NCBI RefSeq assembly: GCF_902713615.1
Contig: NC_052162.1
Span: 130,844,653 to 130,908,652, forward strand
Length of the DNA: 64,000 nt
Direction of reading: 5' to 3'
Source: Scyliorhinus canicula
Lineage: Eukaryota
Part shown: positions 34,925 through 46,167 of the stretch, piece after piece
How the letters are laid out: each line of letters begins with the position of its first letter
Position numbering within the stretch: position 1 is the first letter of the stretch
Translations under genes and position numbers: made by a program
The notes under the pieces: generated by a model
Seen by the model: only the letters and a program-made list of their open reading frames with translations
Told to the model about the DNA's origin: nothing
The model's database searches: none

Positions 34925-37498
34925 GTGGCGCTGCTAGTCAAGGACAGTATTACGGTGGCAGAAAGGGTGCAAGATGGGGACTCTTCTTCCGAGGTAGTAT
35001 GGGCTGAGGTTAGAAACAGGAAAGGAGAGGTCACCCTGCTGGGAGTTTTCTATAGGCCACCTAATAGTTCTAGAGATGTAGAGGAAAGGATGGCGAAGAT
35101 GATTCTGGAAAAGAGCGAAAGTAACAGGGTAGTTGTTATGGGAGACTTTAACTTTCCTAATATTGACTGGAAAAGATATAGTTCGAGTACATTGGATGGG
35201 TCGTTCTTTGTACAATGTGTGCAGGAGGGTTTTCTGACACAATATGTTGACAGGCCAACAAGAGGTGAGGCCACTTTGGATTTGGTTTTGGGTAATGAAC
35301 CAGGCCAGGTGTTAGATCTGGAGGTAAGTGAACACTTTGGAGACAGTGACCACAATTCGGTGACCTTTACATTAGTGATGGAAAGGGATAAGTATACCCC
35401 GCAGGGCAAGAGTTATAGCTGGGGGAAGGGCAATTATGATGCCATTAGACATGACTTAGGATGTGTAGGTTGGAGAAGTAGGCTGCAAGGGTTGGGCACA
35501 CTGGATATGTGGAGCTTGTTCAAGGAACAGCTATTGCGTGTTCTTGATCAGTACGTACCAGTCAGACAGGGAGGAAAGGGTAGAGCGAGGGAACCGTGGT
35601 TTACCAAAGAAGTGGAATCTCTTGTTAAGAGGAAAAAGGAGGCCTATGTGAAGATGAGGCGTGAAGTTTCAGTTGGGGCGCTTGATAGTTACAGGGAAGC
35701 GAGGAAGGATCTAAAGAGAGAGCTAAGACGAGCAAGGAGGGGACATGAGAAGTCTTTGGCAGGTAGGATCAAGGAAAACCCAAAAGCTTTCTATAGGTAT
35801 GTCAGGAATAAAAGAATGACTAGGGTAAGAGTAGGGCCAGTCAAGGACAGTGGTGGGAAGTTGTGTGTGGAGGCTGAGGAGATAAGCGAGATACTAAATG
35901 AATACTTTTTGTCAGTATTCACTCAGGAAAAAGATAATATTGTGGAGGAGAATGCTGAGACCCAGGCTATTAGAATAGATGGCATTGAGGTGAGTAGGGA
36001 AGAAGTGTTGGCAATTCTGGACAAGGTGAAAATAGATAAGTCCCCGGGGCCTGATGGGATTTATCCTAGGATTCTCTGGGAAGCCAGGGAAGAGATTGCT
36101 GAGCCTTTGGCTTTGATTTTTAGGTCATCATTGGCTACAGGAATAGTGCCAGAGGACTGGAGGATAGCAAATGTGGTCCCTTTGTTCAAGAAGGGGAGTA
36201 GAGATAACCCCGGTAACTATAGGCCGGTGAGCCTAACATCTGTGGTGGGTAAAGTCTTGGAGAGGATTATAAAAGATACGATTTATAATCATCTAGATAG
36301 GAATAATATGATTAGGGATAGTCAGCATGGTTTTGTGAAGGGTAGGTCATGCCTCACAAACCTTATCGAGTTCTTTAAGAAGGTGACTGAACAGGTGGAC
36401 GAGGGTAAAGCAGTTGATGTGGTGTATATGGATTTCAGTAAAGTGTTTGATAAGGTTCCCCACGGTCGGCTATTGCAGAAAATACGGAGGCTGGGGATTG
36501 AGGGTGATTTAGAGATGTGGATCAGAAATTGGCTAGTTGAAAGAAGACAGAGAGTGGTGGTTGATGGGAAATGTTCAGAATGGAGTTCAGTTACGAGTGG
36601 CGTACCACAAGGATCGGTTCTGGGGCCGTTGCTGTTTGTCATTTTTATAAATGACCTAGAGGAGGGAGCAGAAGGATGGGTAAGTAAATTTGCAGACGAC
36701 ACTAAAGTCGGTGGAGTTGTAGACAGTGCGGAAGGATGTTGCAGGTTACAGAGGGACATAGATAAGCTGCAGAGCTGGGCTGAGAGGTGGCAAATGGAGT
36801 TTAATGTGGAGAAGTGTGAGGTGATTCACTTTGGAAAGAATAACAGGAATGCGGAATATTTGGCTAATGGTAAAATTCTTGGTAGTGTGGATGAGCAGAG
36901 GGATCTCGGTGTCCATGTACATAGATCCCTGAAAGTTGCCACCCAGGTTGATAGGGTTGTGAAGAAGGCCTATGATGTGATGGCCTTTATTGGTAGAGGG
37001 ATTGAGTTCCGGAACCATGAGGTCATGTTGCAGTTGTACAAAACTCTAGTACGGCCGCATTTGGAGTATTGCGTACAGTTCTGGTCGCCCCATTATAGGA
37101 AGGACGTAGAAGCTTTGGAACGGGTGCAGAGGAGATTTACCAGGATGTTGCCTGGTATGGAGGGAAAATCTTATGAGGAAAGGCTGATGGACTTGAGGTT
37201 GTTTTCGTTAGAGAGAAGAAGGTTAAGAGGTGACCTAATAGAGGCATACAAAATGATCAGAGGGTTAGATAGGGTGGACAGCGAGAGCCTTCTCCCGCGG
37301 ATGGAGGTGGCTATCACAAGGGGACATAGCCTTAAATTGAAGGGTAATAGATATAGGACAGAGGTCAGAGGTGGGTTTTTTACGCAAAGAGTGGTGAGGC
37401 CGTGGAATGCCCTACCTGCAACAGTAGTGAACTCGCCAACATTGAGGGCATTTAAAAGTTTATTGGATAAGCATATGGATGATAAGGGCATAGTGTAG
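34925..37498 (+). CDS. CR1 ORF2 (APE endonuclease and reverse transcriptase); N-terminus lies in another frame from about 34731 (frameshift about 34905-34920)
   Basis: 857-aa open frame: [35 protein letters not shown]. Confidence 0.92.
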   Translation: MALLVKDSITVAERVQDGDSSSEVVWAEVRNRKGEVTLLGVFYRPPNSSRDVEERMAKMILEKSESNRVVVMGDFNFPNIDWKRYSSSTLDGSFFVQCVQEGFLTQYVDRPTRGEATLDLVLGNEPGQVLDLEVSEHFGDSDHNSVTFTLVMERDKYTPQGKSYSWGKGNYDAIRHDLGCVGWRSRLQGLGTLDMWSLFKEQLLRVLDQYVPVRQGGKGRAREPWFTKEVESLVKRKKEAYVKMRREVSVGALDSYREARKDLKRELRRARRGHEKSLAGRIKENPKAFYRYVRNKRMTRVRVGPVKDSGGKLCVEAEEISEILNEYFLSVFTQEKDNIVEENAETQAIRIDGIEVSREEVLAILDKVKIDKSPGPDGIYPRILWEAREEIAEPLALIFRSSLATGIVPEDWRIANVVPLFKKGSRDNPGNYRPVSLTSVVGKVLERIIKDTIYNHLDRNNMIRDSQHGFVKGRSCLTNLIEFFKKVTEQVDEGKAVDVVYMDFSKVFDKVPHGRLLQKIRRLGIEGDLEMWIRNWLVERRQRVVVDGKCSEWSSVTSGVPQGSVLGPLLFVIFINDLEEGAEGWVSKFADDTKVGGVVDSAEGCCRLQRDIDKLQSWAERWQMEFNVEKCEVIHFGKNNRNAEYLANGKILGSVDEQRDLGVHVHRSLKVATQVDRVVKKAYDVMAFIGRGIEFRNHEVMLQLYKTLVRPHLEYCVQFWSPHYRKDVEALERVQRRFTRMLPGMEGKSYEERLMDLRLFSLERRRLRGDLIEAYKMIRGLDRVDSESLLPRMEVAITRGHSLKLKGNRYRTEVRGGFFTQRVVRPWNALPATVVNSPTLRAFKSLLDKHMDDKGIV

Positions 37499-37849
37499 GT
37501 TAGATGGCCTTTAGTTTTTTTCCATGTCGGTGCAACATTGAGGGCCGAAGGGCCTGTACTGCGCTGTATCGTTCTATGTTCTATATTACACACATGTTTA
37601 GTCTACCAAATACATAAATAGAAGTGACGAGCATGGTATTTGTAGATTAGCATGGGGCTTTACCTTCAAGAAAATTTCAAGGGTGCATTTTAGGTACAGC
37701 AGAGTGAGAAAGGATGGGGAGTTTGTGGGACGGGGATTTACCGCTTTTGCGGAATGAGTGTAGAAGAAATGTTCCAGAGAAACTGGAATTGTCGTTTTGA
37801 ATTTCTATCCCATACTGACAGTGAGAACGTTTGTAAAATCTTTTTGCAG

Positions 37850-38965
37850 GATATTAGATTCCAAACCAGAAATGCACCCAGATCTGTCAGTCACTTGATT
37901 CATTGGGATCTGAATATCAACAGCTTTGAATCTAGAAGGACAAATTTTTGTTCTCTCTGCTTAAAAAGGATTTAAATACATTGTGACTGAATAAACACCA
38001 AGGCACATCCCCGAGTGAGAGCGTTCCAGTGCACTGACTGGGACAAGGTCTTTGTTAGAGGTGAAAATATTCACACGAAGGCCTGAGTATCAGTAAAAAA
38101 GCAGTTTATTATATCAGAATTCTGGGAGGAAAGGCCTGAGACTCCGCAGCTTATTGACAGCACCTTTTCTCACTTGAGTTAAGGCTCACACGGGTTAATA
38201 TACAGATTCAAGGGGTGGAATTAGTTGTATTCTCATTTACATCAACTATATTCGCATCACACTTCATTACATGCAGTCAATCAATTTTCCTAGCATCCCA
38301 GTTACCACATATATGGTTAAAGTGGGTGTTGTCTTACCTGCCCCTAACTTCATACAGAAGTCATTCAAAACTAACATAATGATGTCCTGTCTGTAACTGG
38401 GGTCCTTGATCTTATCAAGGACACATAGCATTTCTTGTTCTGGGAAGCTGTTACCAGTGGCTGTTGAAATACTCCCTAGGTTCTCGTGAGGTAGTTTACA
38501 CAGTTTGTAACTTATTTTTAAAGGAAAGTGGCCAGTTCAGCCATTTTGTGTCTTTAGTATTGCTAAAATAATTAACAGCCATTTTGTGTCCTTTCTGATA
38601 TTAACAAGCATTGTGTATACACGATCTATTTCTACAAATTGCGTCTTCTAAACAGGCATCTAAGCCAATGAGTACCTCTTGTCTCATCAGAACTATTCAA
38701 AAGTAATATAGGAGCACAAATGTAGGGCCACCTATAATTTATATCATAGTCCAGTATCACAAAACGCCCTCCAACAGGCTTTATGCAGCCTGAAATCTTA
38801 TTGCAGCAGGGAGAGACCATATACATGCTGTCCGTGGCGATGAGGTTTCAATTGATTATCCATACTGGAGAGACACAAGGCCAACCGCACCATGGAGGGA
38901 CCATGGAAATGTGGGGACTGTGGGAATGGATTCAGTTACCCATCCAAGCTGGGATGCCATTGACG
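37850..38965 (+). pseudogene. Decayed ZNF last exon (remnant C), split by a solo LTR
   Basis: Acceptor TTTTTGCAG at 37841-37849 preceded by the family intron; fossil finger leader; ACCATGGAAATGTGGGGACTGTGGGAA. Confidence 0.7.
38053..38776 (-). mobile_element. Probable solo LTR, 724 bp
   Basis: TGTTAGAGG...CCTCCAACA inverted termini, near-TSD GTCTT / GGCTT; ZNF sequence resumes after it. Confidence 0.6.
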
Positions 38966-39109
38966 CATTCACACATTGTTGTAGTAAAAAAACAAAGCAT
39001 TGGTTCAGATTAAGTATGAAAGGATTAAAGAATAAAGGATAGAAAGCAAAACAACAGGAAAACAAGATGCGACTGGCACTTGGCAAAAACAAATCAAAAT
39101 GGAGGACAG

Positions 39110-39360
39110 CGTTCATGGTGTGAAGTTGTTGAACTCAATGTTGAGTCCATAAGGGCTGTAAAGAGCCTGATCGGAGGACGAGGTGCTGTTCATCCAACTT
39201 GTGTTGGGCTTCTCCGGAACAATGCAGCAGGCCGAGGAAAGAAATGCGAGCATGGGAGCCGTTCTAATTATAATTGAATTATAATGACAAGAAACCGGAA
39301 GGCCAGGATCATGCTTGTGGGCTGAGTGGAAGTGTTCCACAAAGAGGTCAGAGTGCAATT
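39110..39360 (-). mobile_element. Penelope-like GIY-YIG 3' fragment
   Basis: FVEHFHSAHKHDPGLPVSCHYN, GLNIEFNNF; homologous to 56.6-56.8 kb. Confidence 0.65.
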
Positions 39361-39374
39361 AAATTAAACTTCAA

Positions 39375-39573
39375 TTTCTTCTGTCTGATTTACATGATTT
39401 TGGAGATCAGTGTAACAAAAGAAAGCACCGAGACACACCCAAGTGAAAGTGTTCCAGTGAACTGACTGTGGAAAGAGCTTTAACCAGTTACACAGCCTGA
39501 AGAAACACCACACCATTCACAGTGAGGAGAAACCATACACGTGTTCTGCGTGTGATCCAACCTGGAGAGACAC
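39375..39573 (+). pseudogene. ZNF leader remnant D
   Basis: GACTGTGGAAAGAGCTTTAACC...GAGAAACCATACACGTGT. Confidence 0.65.
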
Positions 39574-39574
39574 A

Positions 39575-40068
39575 TTGGATTGGATTTGTTTATTGTCACG
39601 TGTACCGAGGTACAGTGAAAAGTATTTTTCTGCAAGCAGCTCAACAGATCATTCAGTACATGGAAGAAAAGGGAATTAAACAAAATTCAAGAAAATACAT
39701 GAGAATACATAATAGGGCAACACAAGATATACAATGTAACTACATAAGCATTGGCATCGGTTGAAGCATACAGGGTGTAGTGTTAATGAGGTCAGTCAAT
39801 AAGAGGGTCATTTAGGAGTCTGGTGACAGTGGGGAAGAAGCTGTTTTTGAGTTTGTTCGTGCGTGTTCTCAGACTTCTGAATCTCCTGCCCGATGGAAGA
39901 AGTTGGAAGAGTGAGTAAGCCGGGTGGTAGGGATCCTTGATTATGCTGCCCGCTTTTCCCAGGCAGCGGGAGGTGTAGATGGAATCAATGGATGGGAGGC
40001 AGGTTCGTGTGATGGACTGGGCAGTATTCACGACTCTCTGAAGTTCTTTGCGGTCCTCGGCCGAGCAT
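39575..40068 (-). mobile_element. Rex1/Babar-like LINE 3' end
   Basis: IIKDPYHPAYSLFQLLPSGRRFRSLRTRTNKLKNSFFP; tail GTGACAATAAACAAATCCAATCCAAT. Confidence 0.7.
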
Positions 40069-40079
40069 GGACACTAGCA

Positions 40080-40320
40080 GAATGATCATGGTTCAGTTCT
40101 TGATGTGATTAACAGCAGAATCCAACCCCTAATCTCATTTGTGAACTCGCTAGTGTTTCTCCTTCCCACACAGAGAACAATGACGGTGTCTCCTCAATGT
40201 GACATCACTGGTGTATCCGCAGGTTGGATGAATGACTGAATCCCTTCCCGCACACAGAGAGCAGGTGAACGGCTGCACTCCCGTGTGAATGTGCTGGTGT
40301 TTCGGCAGTTGGGAGGAGGA
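40080..40320 (-). pseudogene. ZNF 3' end remnant E (last two decayed fingers, stop, conserved 3'UTR motif)
   Basis: CAGCACATTCACACG.., GGGAAGGGATTCAGTCATTCATCCAACCTGCGG, CGAGTTCACAAATGA on minus strand. Confidence 0.7.
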
Positions 40321-40330
40321 TCCTAACTTT

Positions 40331-40640
40331 AATAATAATAATCTTTATTGTCACAAGTAGGCTTACATTGACATTGCAATGAGGTTACTGCGAAAAGTCC
40401 CGAGTCGCCACATTCCGGCGCCTGTTCGGGTCACAGAGGGAGAATTCAGAATGTCCAAATTACCTAATACCTCGTCTTTCGGGACTTGTGGGAGGAAACT
40501 AGAGCACCCGGAGGAAGCCCACGCAGACACGGGGAAGAATGTGCAGACTCCACACGGACAGTGACCCAGAGCCGGGATCGAATCTGGGACCCCGGCGCCG
40601 TGAGGTAACAGGGCTAACCCACTGAGCCACCGTGCTGTCC
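40331..40640 (-). mobile_element. V-SINE head with GGAATGTGGCGAC-type tail
   Basis: Family match, (TTA)n tail. Confidence 0.8.
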
Positions 40641-41301
40641 CAAGATACAGTAATGATTCTTGATGCTCCAAATTAGCAGATCCCTAACCACCCCCACCCC
40701 CCACACACACACAATGAACATTTGGTCACATGATACACGCAGCAAGGTAGAGGTTGAACCTGGGACCCTGGCGCTGTGAAGCCACAGTGCTAGCCACGTG
40801 TGCTACCGTGCTGCCCAAGATTAAGAATCTCGCTTAAAACGTCAGGAATGTTTGGAAAAAGAAAGCGAATGACGTGGAACGAGGAGCAGTAACGGCTAAT
40901 CAAATCCCATGCCTCGGCCCACTTGGATTTAGTCAAGAGAATGCGTTTGGAATTTAAGGGAGGCGGAGCAGACTGGGAATGTCTATCGAGATTGGGGTTG
41001 CGCGATCAATGATCTGAACCCACCATGTCCGTTCCTGCGGTGGGAGCGGAGGGAAGGAGGAGCCGTCATACATACACTGACAATCTGCCGTCGAGTCTCT
41101 CACTACAGACCCTCTTTGGACCCTTGTTCCAGAACTCGGGTCCTGTTGATTACTGGTCCTGATCACAAATAGGTTAAAGTAAAAGTTGGAGGGGGGGGCA
41201 CGAGAAGAGGGGCTTCAAAAGACATATACAAAACTGAAGGTACCCCAGCAAGCCAAAAAAAAAACCCACAGCACAGACTTAAAGACATGCCATTGATGTT
41301 T

Positions 41302-41526
41302 TTTTTTTAAATTTTAGATTACCCAATTATTTTTTCCAATTAAGGGGCAATTTAGCGTGGCCAATCCACCTACTCTGCACATTTTTGAGTTGTGGGGGCG
41401 AAACCCACGCAGACACGGGGAGAATGTGCAAACTCCACACAGACAGTGACCCAGAGTCGGGATCGAACCTGGGACCTCAGCGCCGTGAGGCGGTTGTGCT
41501 AACCACTAGGCCACCGTGCTGCCCTT
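41302..41526 (-). mobile_element. V-SINE, A-tailed, inside the cofilin pseudogene
   Basis: 14-bp TSD TGCCATTGATGTTT (41288-41301, 41527-41540). Confidence 0.9.
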
Positions 41527-41769
41527 TGCCATTGATGTTTGATCCCAGTGATTTTCTTCTTCAGTGCATCCTTGGAACTGGCACAGAGCATCTTCTGCCC
41601 AATGGGCGCTTTATCAGGACTCCAATGAACGAAGATCAGCTCTTCCTTTTTGGTCTCCTTTGTCTCGAAGGATGCATCATAGAGTACGTAGCAGCAATCC
41701 TCCGTCGGGAGCATGCCAATAAAGGCCCGCAGTGGGTCACAAGCACCTACGAAGTTCACAGGGGGTGAA

Positions 41770-42097
41770 TGTGGTGAATGAGATTCACACGGTATTATAA
41801 GTTACCAATGTGACTCTGTTCATATGTATGTATCAATATTGTAAGTGCAGTTGCAGTACCTGACCACCAGGGGGAGTAGCTCTGGGAGTACTCGAGAGTT
41901 TGTACTGGGCTTTCCCCCCCCCTTGGCTCCGCCCAGAACTCCTCCCACTGGAGCTGCTGTATCAAGACCCGTGCCACAGAGTCAGCCAGCCAGTTCACCG
42001 AAAGTTCAACGGCTAACAGGCTGGCTCTGTTGTAAGTATATTAAAACCGCTATTCTAATCCTACAAGCACGTGTCCGTAGAATTGATGGTTCCATCA
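41770..42097 (+). mobile_element. Gypsy-like 3' LTR with preceding PPT
   Basis: TGTGGTGAATG...GGTTCCATCA, same family as 18722; preceded by CAGGGGGTGAA as at 54683; no TSD. Confidence 0.8.
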
Positions 42098-42472
42098 GTC
42101 AGCAACTGTTTTGTCCAGAATCTGTTCACCCATCTTATCTGCATTCAGAATGATCTTCTCCTTGCTGTCGTGGAGAAGACCGCCTTCTTCCTCAGCTTCA
42201 CCTCCTCGTGGCTGCACGACTTTTGCACTCTCATCTCGTTGAAACAGTTGACCACCTCATCAGCCACTTTGATGCCATCCTGTAGCCTGATTTTTTTTTT
42301 ATAATTTTTAAATTTTTTCTTCTCTCTCTTGTTAAATTTTTCCGGGTCACCCGCTGAGGTAAAAAAAAACTTCTACCCCTGCTCGGCGGCAATAATTTTT
42401 TAAGATCCATGTCTCCTCTTCCCGCCCCCTCCCCCCTCTCTCTCTCTCCCGTCCTCCTGGACACAGTGGCGC

Positions 42473-42530
42473 GAAGGAAAGAGAGTGCAACGAGACAATG
42501 CCACCGACCTTTATAAAAGCGCGCGCCGGC
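42473..42530 (-). promoter_or_regulatory. TATA box and pyrimidine-tract initiator upstream of the cofilin copy
   Basis: GGCGCGCGC-TTT-TATAAA (42515-42510) then CTCTCTTTCCTTC starting 30 nt later (42485). Confidence 0.55.
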
Positions 42531-42817
42531 TACAAAAGTCTTCATTGCCAGTTTCTCTGGAAATATATTTGCCTCGGTTTCCTCAATCTGTCAGTCATCG
42601 TCCCACACACTTCCTCTATTCTCGGTCTCCTCTTAGTAAAACACACCCGCCCAATTCTTCGGAAGGATCCATGCTCAGTCGCCCTATTGTTTTGAAGGAC
42701 CCATCTCACTGCTTCCTGTCCAAGACACCGAGACATATGTCAACTTGCTACCCATGTAATATGTAATTTGAAAACCTGTGTTAAAACAATACAGTTTAGT
42801 CCAAGGAATTGTGAGAA

Positions 42818-43435
42818 CCATAGAATTCCTCGTGCAGAAGGAGGCCATTCAGCACAATGACCTCTAAAAGAGGACTCTACCGAGGCCTACTACCTGCCAT
42901 ATTCCTGTAACCCCACCAATCCTACACATCCTTGGACAAGAAGGGACAATTTAGCACGACCAATCCACCTACCCTGCACTTTTTTGGACTGTGGGAGGAA
43001 ACAGGAGCACCCGGAGGAAACCCATGCTGAACATAGAACATAGAGTGCAGAAGGAGGCTATTCGGCCCATCGAATCTGCACCGACCCACTTAAGCCCTGA
43101 CTTCCACCCTTTCTCTGTAATCCAATAACCCCTGCTAACCTTTTTGGACACAATTTAGCATGGCCAATCCACCTAACCTGCATGTCTTTGGACTGTGGGA
43201 GGAAACCAGAGCACCCGGAGGAAACCCACGCAGACACAGGGAGAACGTGCAGACTCCGCACAGAGTGACTGAGCGGGCAATCGGACCTGGGACCCTGGCG
43301 CTGTGAAGCCACAGTGCTAGCCACTTGTGCTGCCCTAGTCTCGGGGAGAACGTACAAACTCCAGACAGATAGTCACCCAAGTGAACCCGGGTCTCTGGCG
43401 CTGTGAGGCTGCTGTGCTAACCTCTGTGCCACCGT
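42818..43435 (-). mobile_element. Two nested CR1-tailed V-SINEs
   Basis: Inner copy about 43029-43335. Confidence 0.8.
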
Positions 43436-43611
43436 GACATTGCTATTACATTAGTCAGGATCTAATTATATGAACAACATAGTTTCTGTTGTATTAATAA
43501 TCAGCTGCCTGTTGCTTCAACAAATGGAAATTATTACAATTATCAGGATGCTAGTGCATTAATAATCAGGATTATTTCAATTAATAATCCATCTTCAAGC
43601 ATTAATAATTA

Positions 43612-43840
43612 TTTTTTTAAAATAAATTTAGAGTACCCAATTAATTTTTTCCAATTAAGGAGAAATTTAGCGTGGCCAATCCACCTACCCTGCACATCTT
43701 TGGGTTGTGGGGACGAAATGCTTGCAGACATGGAGAGAATGTGCAAACTCCACACGGACAGTGACCCAGAGCTGGGATCAAACCTGGGACCTCGGCGTCG
43801 TGAGGCTGCAGGGCTAACCCACTGTGCCACCGTGCTGCCC
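43612..43840 (-). mobile_element. V-SINE, A-tailed
   Basis: Family match; ATTAATAATTATT duplicated. Confidence 0.85.
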
Positions 43841-44160
43841 TCTCAGGTATTAATAATTATTAATAATATCACGTTAGTAATCAGAGTTGCAAAGACATTG
43901 TAAACCCCCTCTCCCTCAACAGCTGAGGCCCACACCCCATACCCACAACAACCCTCATATATTTTCACTCAGGAGTCAAACAAAGCCTCAGCTAATAAAA
44001 AGGGGTCACACGGGAAAGGTTTGGGAAGCACTGACTTAATCCAACCCCTTTCTATGATTTGAATGTACTTATCTCATTACTCATCACATCATTTAGTGTC
44101 TCCACTCTCTCTGTCCCTGTTCTGTCTCCCTGATAGAAGTTATTATTGTTCAAGTTATAG

Positions 44161-44505
44161 GGCAGCAGGGTAGCATGGTGGTTAGCATAAATGCTTCACA
44201 GCTCCAGGGTCCCAGGTTCGATTCCCGGCTGGGTCACTGTCTGTGCGGAGTCTGCACATCCTCCCCGTGTGTGCGTGGGTTTCCTCCGGGTGCTCCGGTT
44301 TCCTCCCACAGTCCAAAGATGTGCGGGTTAGGTGGATTGGCCATGATAAATTGCCCGTAGTGTCCTAAAATGTAAGGTTAAGGGGGGCGTTGTTGGGTTA
44401 CGGGTATGGGGTGGATACGTGGGTTTGAGTAGGGTGATTATTGCTCGGCACAACATTGAGGGCTGAAAGGCCTGTTCTGTGCTGTACTGTTCTATGTTCT
44501 GTGTT
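44161..44505 (+). mobile_element. Full-length HE1-like V-SINE with CR1 tail
   Basis: 3' end matches the CR1 3' end at 37527-37584. Confidence 0.9.
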
Positions 44506-45029
44506 CTGTGGGTCTGGTCGTGGGTCCTTGTTTTTGGTGTTCAGTCTTCAACCTGAAGCTGCCGGGAGCGGTGCTGTCAATCTGTGCAATCACTCCACTG
44601 CATGTTGTTGTGAAAGGAGTGAATCAGACTGAGCAGCTTTGGTACATTTTCTCCAAAATCCTGTGGAGTTTTGCCCTGCTGGCAGTGTCAAATTCTGTAC
44701 TGAAATTTACAAAATTCAAGAGGAAATCCTGGAATTTGCTGCAGGAAATCCTGTTTCCTACGCTTCTCTTATAGTTGGGCATCGGTCTACTTCTGTTGGT
44801 GAGTACTTTTAAAAACTTTTACTGCAATCAAACTAAAACCGGCATTAATGAATCATTTATCAAAGACAAAAGGTATTTGAATAAACAGGATAAATTGGTC
44901 TTTAACTATCTCAGACAATAAAAACAGGTTCCACAAAATCTCAGCATTTTGCCCCACAGCAGATTTGTCTTTAATTCCAGTTCCAGAGTCCCACAACTCT
45001 CTGTATTTCCCAGGGGGAGAAAGAAAGTG

Positions 45030-45086
45030 TTTTACTCACAGATGTTGGACAGAGGAGGAAGTTTCAGTCTGTGTGTGTGTGAAGCT
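45030..45086 (-). other. Non-coding ZNF exon 1 paralog with GTGAGT donor
   Basis: Homologous to 29008-29065; points toward remnant E. Confidence 0.55.
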
Positions 45087-45919
45087 ATAAACAAAATGCT
45101 GTGCTGTTTAAAGTCAAACTGCAGGGCTGGGAGGAAAATGATGGGAAGACATTTTGCAAATCCCCCCCCTACTCCACTCCCAGTTTTGTGACATAGCGCT
45201 GTATATATTTCCAGTCATTTTGGCAAAGAAGGTGTCCATTTGGTAACTTCGGTAAATGCTGACTCCTTCAGAGCAATCCAGTTGAACCCATTCCTAGGCT
45301 CCATACCCGTAGCCCCGCCAGTTTATTTCCATCAAGTGCCCATACAATTCCATGTTGAAATTATACATCTCACAGACAGAGCGTTCCAGATTATGTAAAG
45401 TACATGTACTAGCAGCCTGCATAAAGCTGTTCAGATGTCTGTGTCCAGGATGTGAAGCAGTGACCGTAGATCCATCGATCAGCCTGGGTTCCTCCTTCAG
45501 GAGGGTAAAACAGAGCAATAATGGAGAGAATGTGTCCGGGATGACATTTGGTGAACAAGAGAGGAAAGAATGACCCAAAGAAACTACAGTTGCCTGTTCT
45601 GAATTACTTTGACATAACTCTTTTTTGCAGGATTTTATCAGGGGAGGATTTTACTGACAGAATTCTCACACCAAACTTCCCTTTGACATCCAACAGAGCC
45701 AAGTGATTCCTGAGGATCTGATCATCATCAGCCTTTGAATTTGGAAGGAGACATATTTGTTCTACCTGCTTCAAAAGGTTTTAAACATCAGTGTGACTGG
45801 AAAAGCACCGAGACACACACACATGCCCCCGAGTGAGAGCGTTCCAGTGAACTGACTGTAGAATGAGCTTTAAGCGGGCATACAATCTGAAAAAACATCA
45901 CGGAGACTGGATGTGATGC

Positions 45920-46105
45920 GGGGCTGGTTTAGCTCACTGAGCTAAATCGCTGGCTTTTAAAGCAGACCAAGGCAGGCCAGCAGCACGGTTCAATTCCCGT
46001 ACCAGCCTCCCCGAACAGGCGCCGGAATGTGGCGACTAGGGGCTTTTCACAGTAACTTCATTTGAAGCCTACTTGTGACAATAAGCGATTTACATTTCGT
46101 TTCAT
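45920..46105 (+). mobile_element. GGGGCTGGTTTAGC SINE in the leader of ZNF F
   Basis: Family match. Confidence 0.85.
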
Positions 46106-46167
46106 TTGTGTGCGAACAAGACCTCAACAGGTCATCAGATCTAGAGAGATCTAAGATCACCTGCACC

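Larger units (their letters stand above)
33378..37584 (+). mobile_element. Full-length, young CR1 LINE
   Basis: 5'UTR, ORF1, ORF2 and 3' tail GTTCTATGTTCTAT; only two visible lesions. Confidence 0.95.
41288..42278 (-). pseudogene. CFL: Intronless cofilin (ADF/cofilin) pseudogene, interrupted by an LTR and a SINE, C-terminus lost
   Basis: (MAS)GIKVADEVVNCFNEMRVQKSCSHEEVKLRKKAVF..KIIL; [71 protein letters not shown]; frameshifts. Confidence 0.92.

Noticed and set aside
46075-46167. N-terminal extension of ZNF F in the ORF track
   Set aside because: Starts at a GTG inside a SINE tail; the ATG at 46168 matches paralogs.
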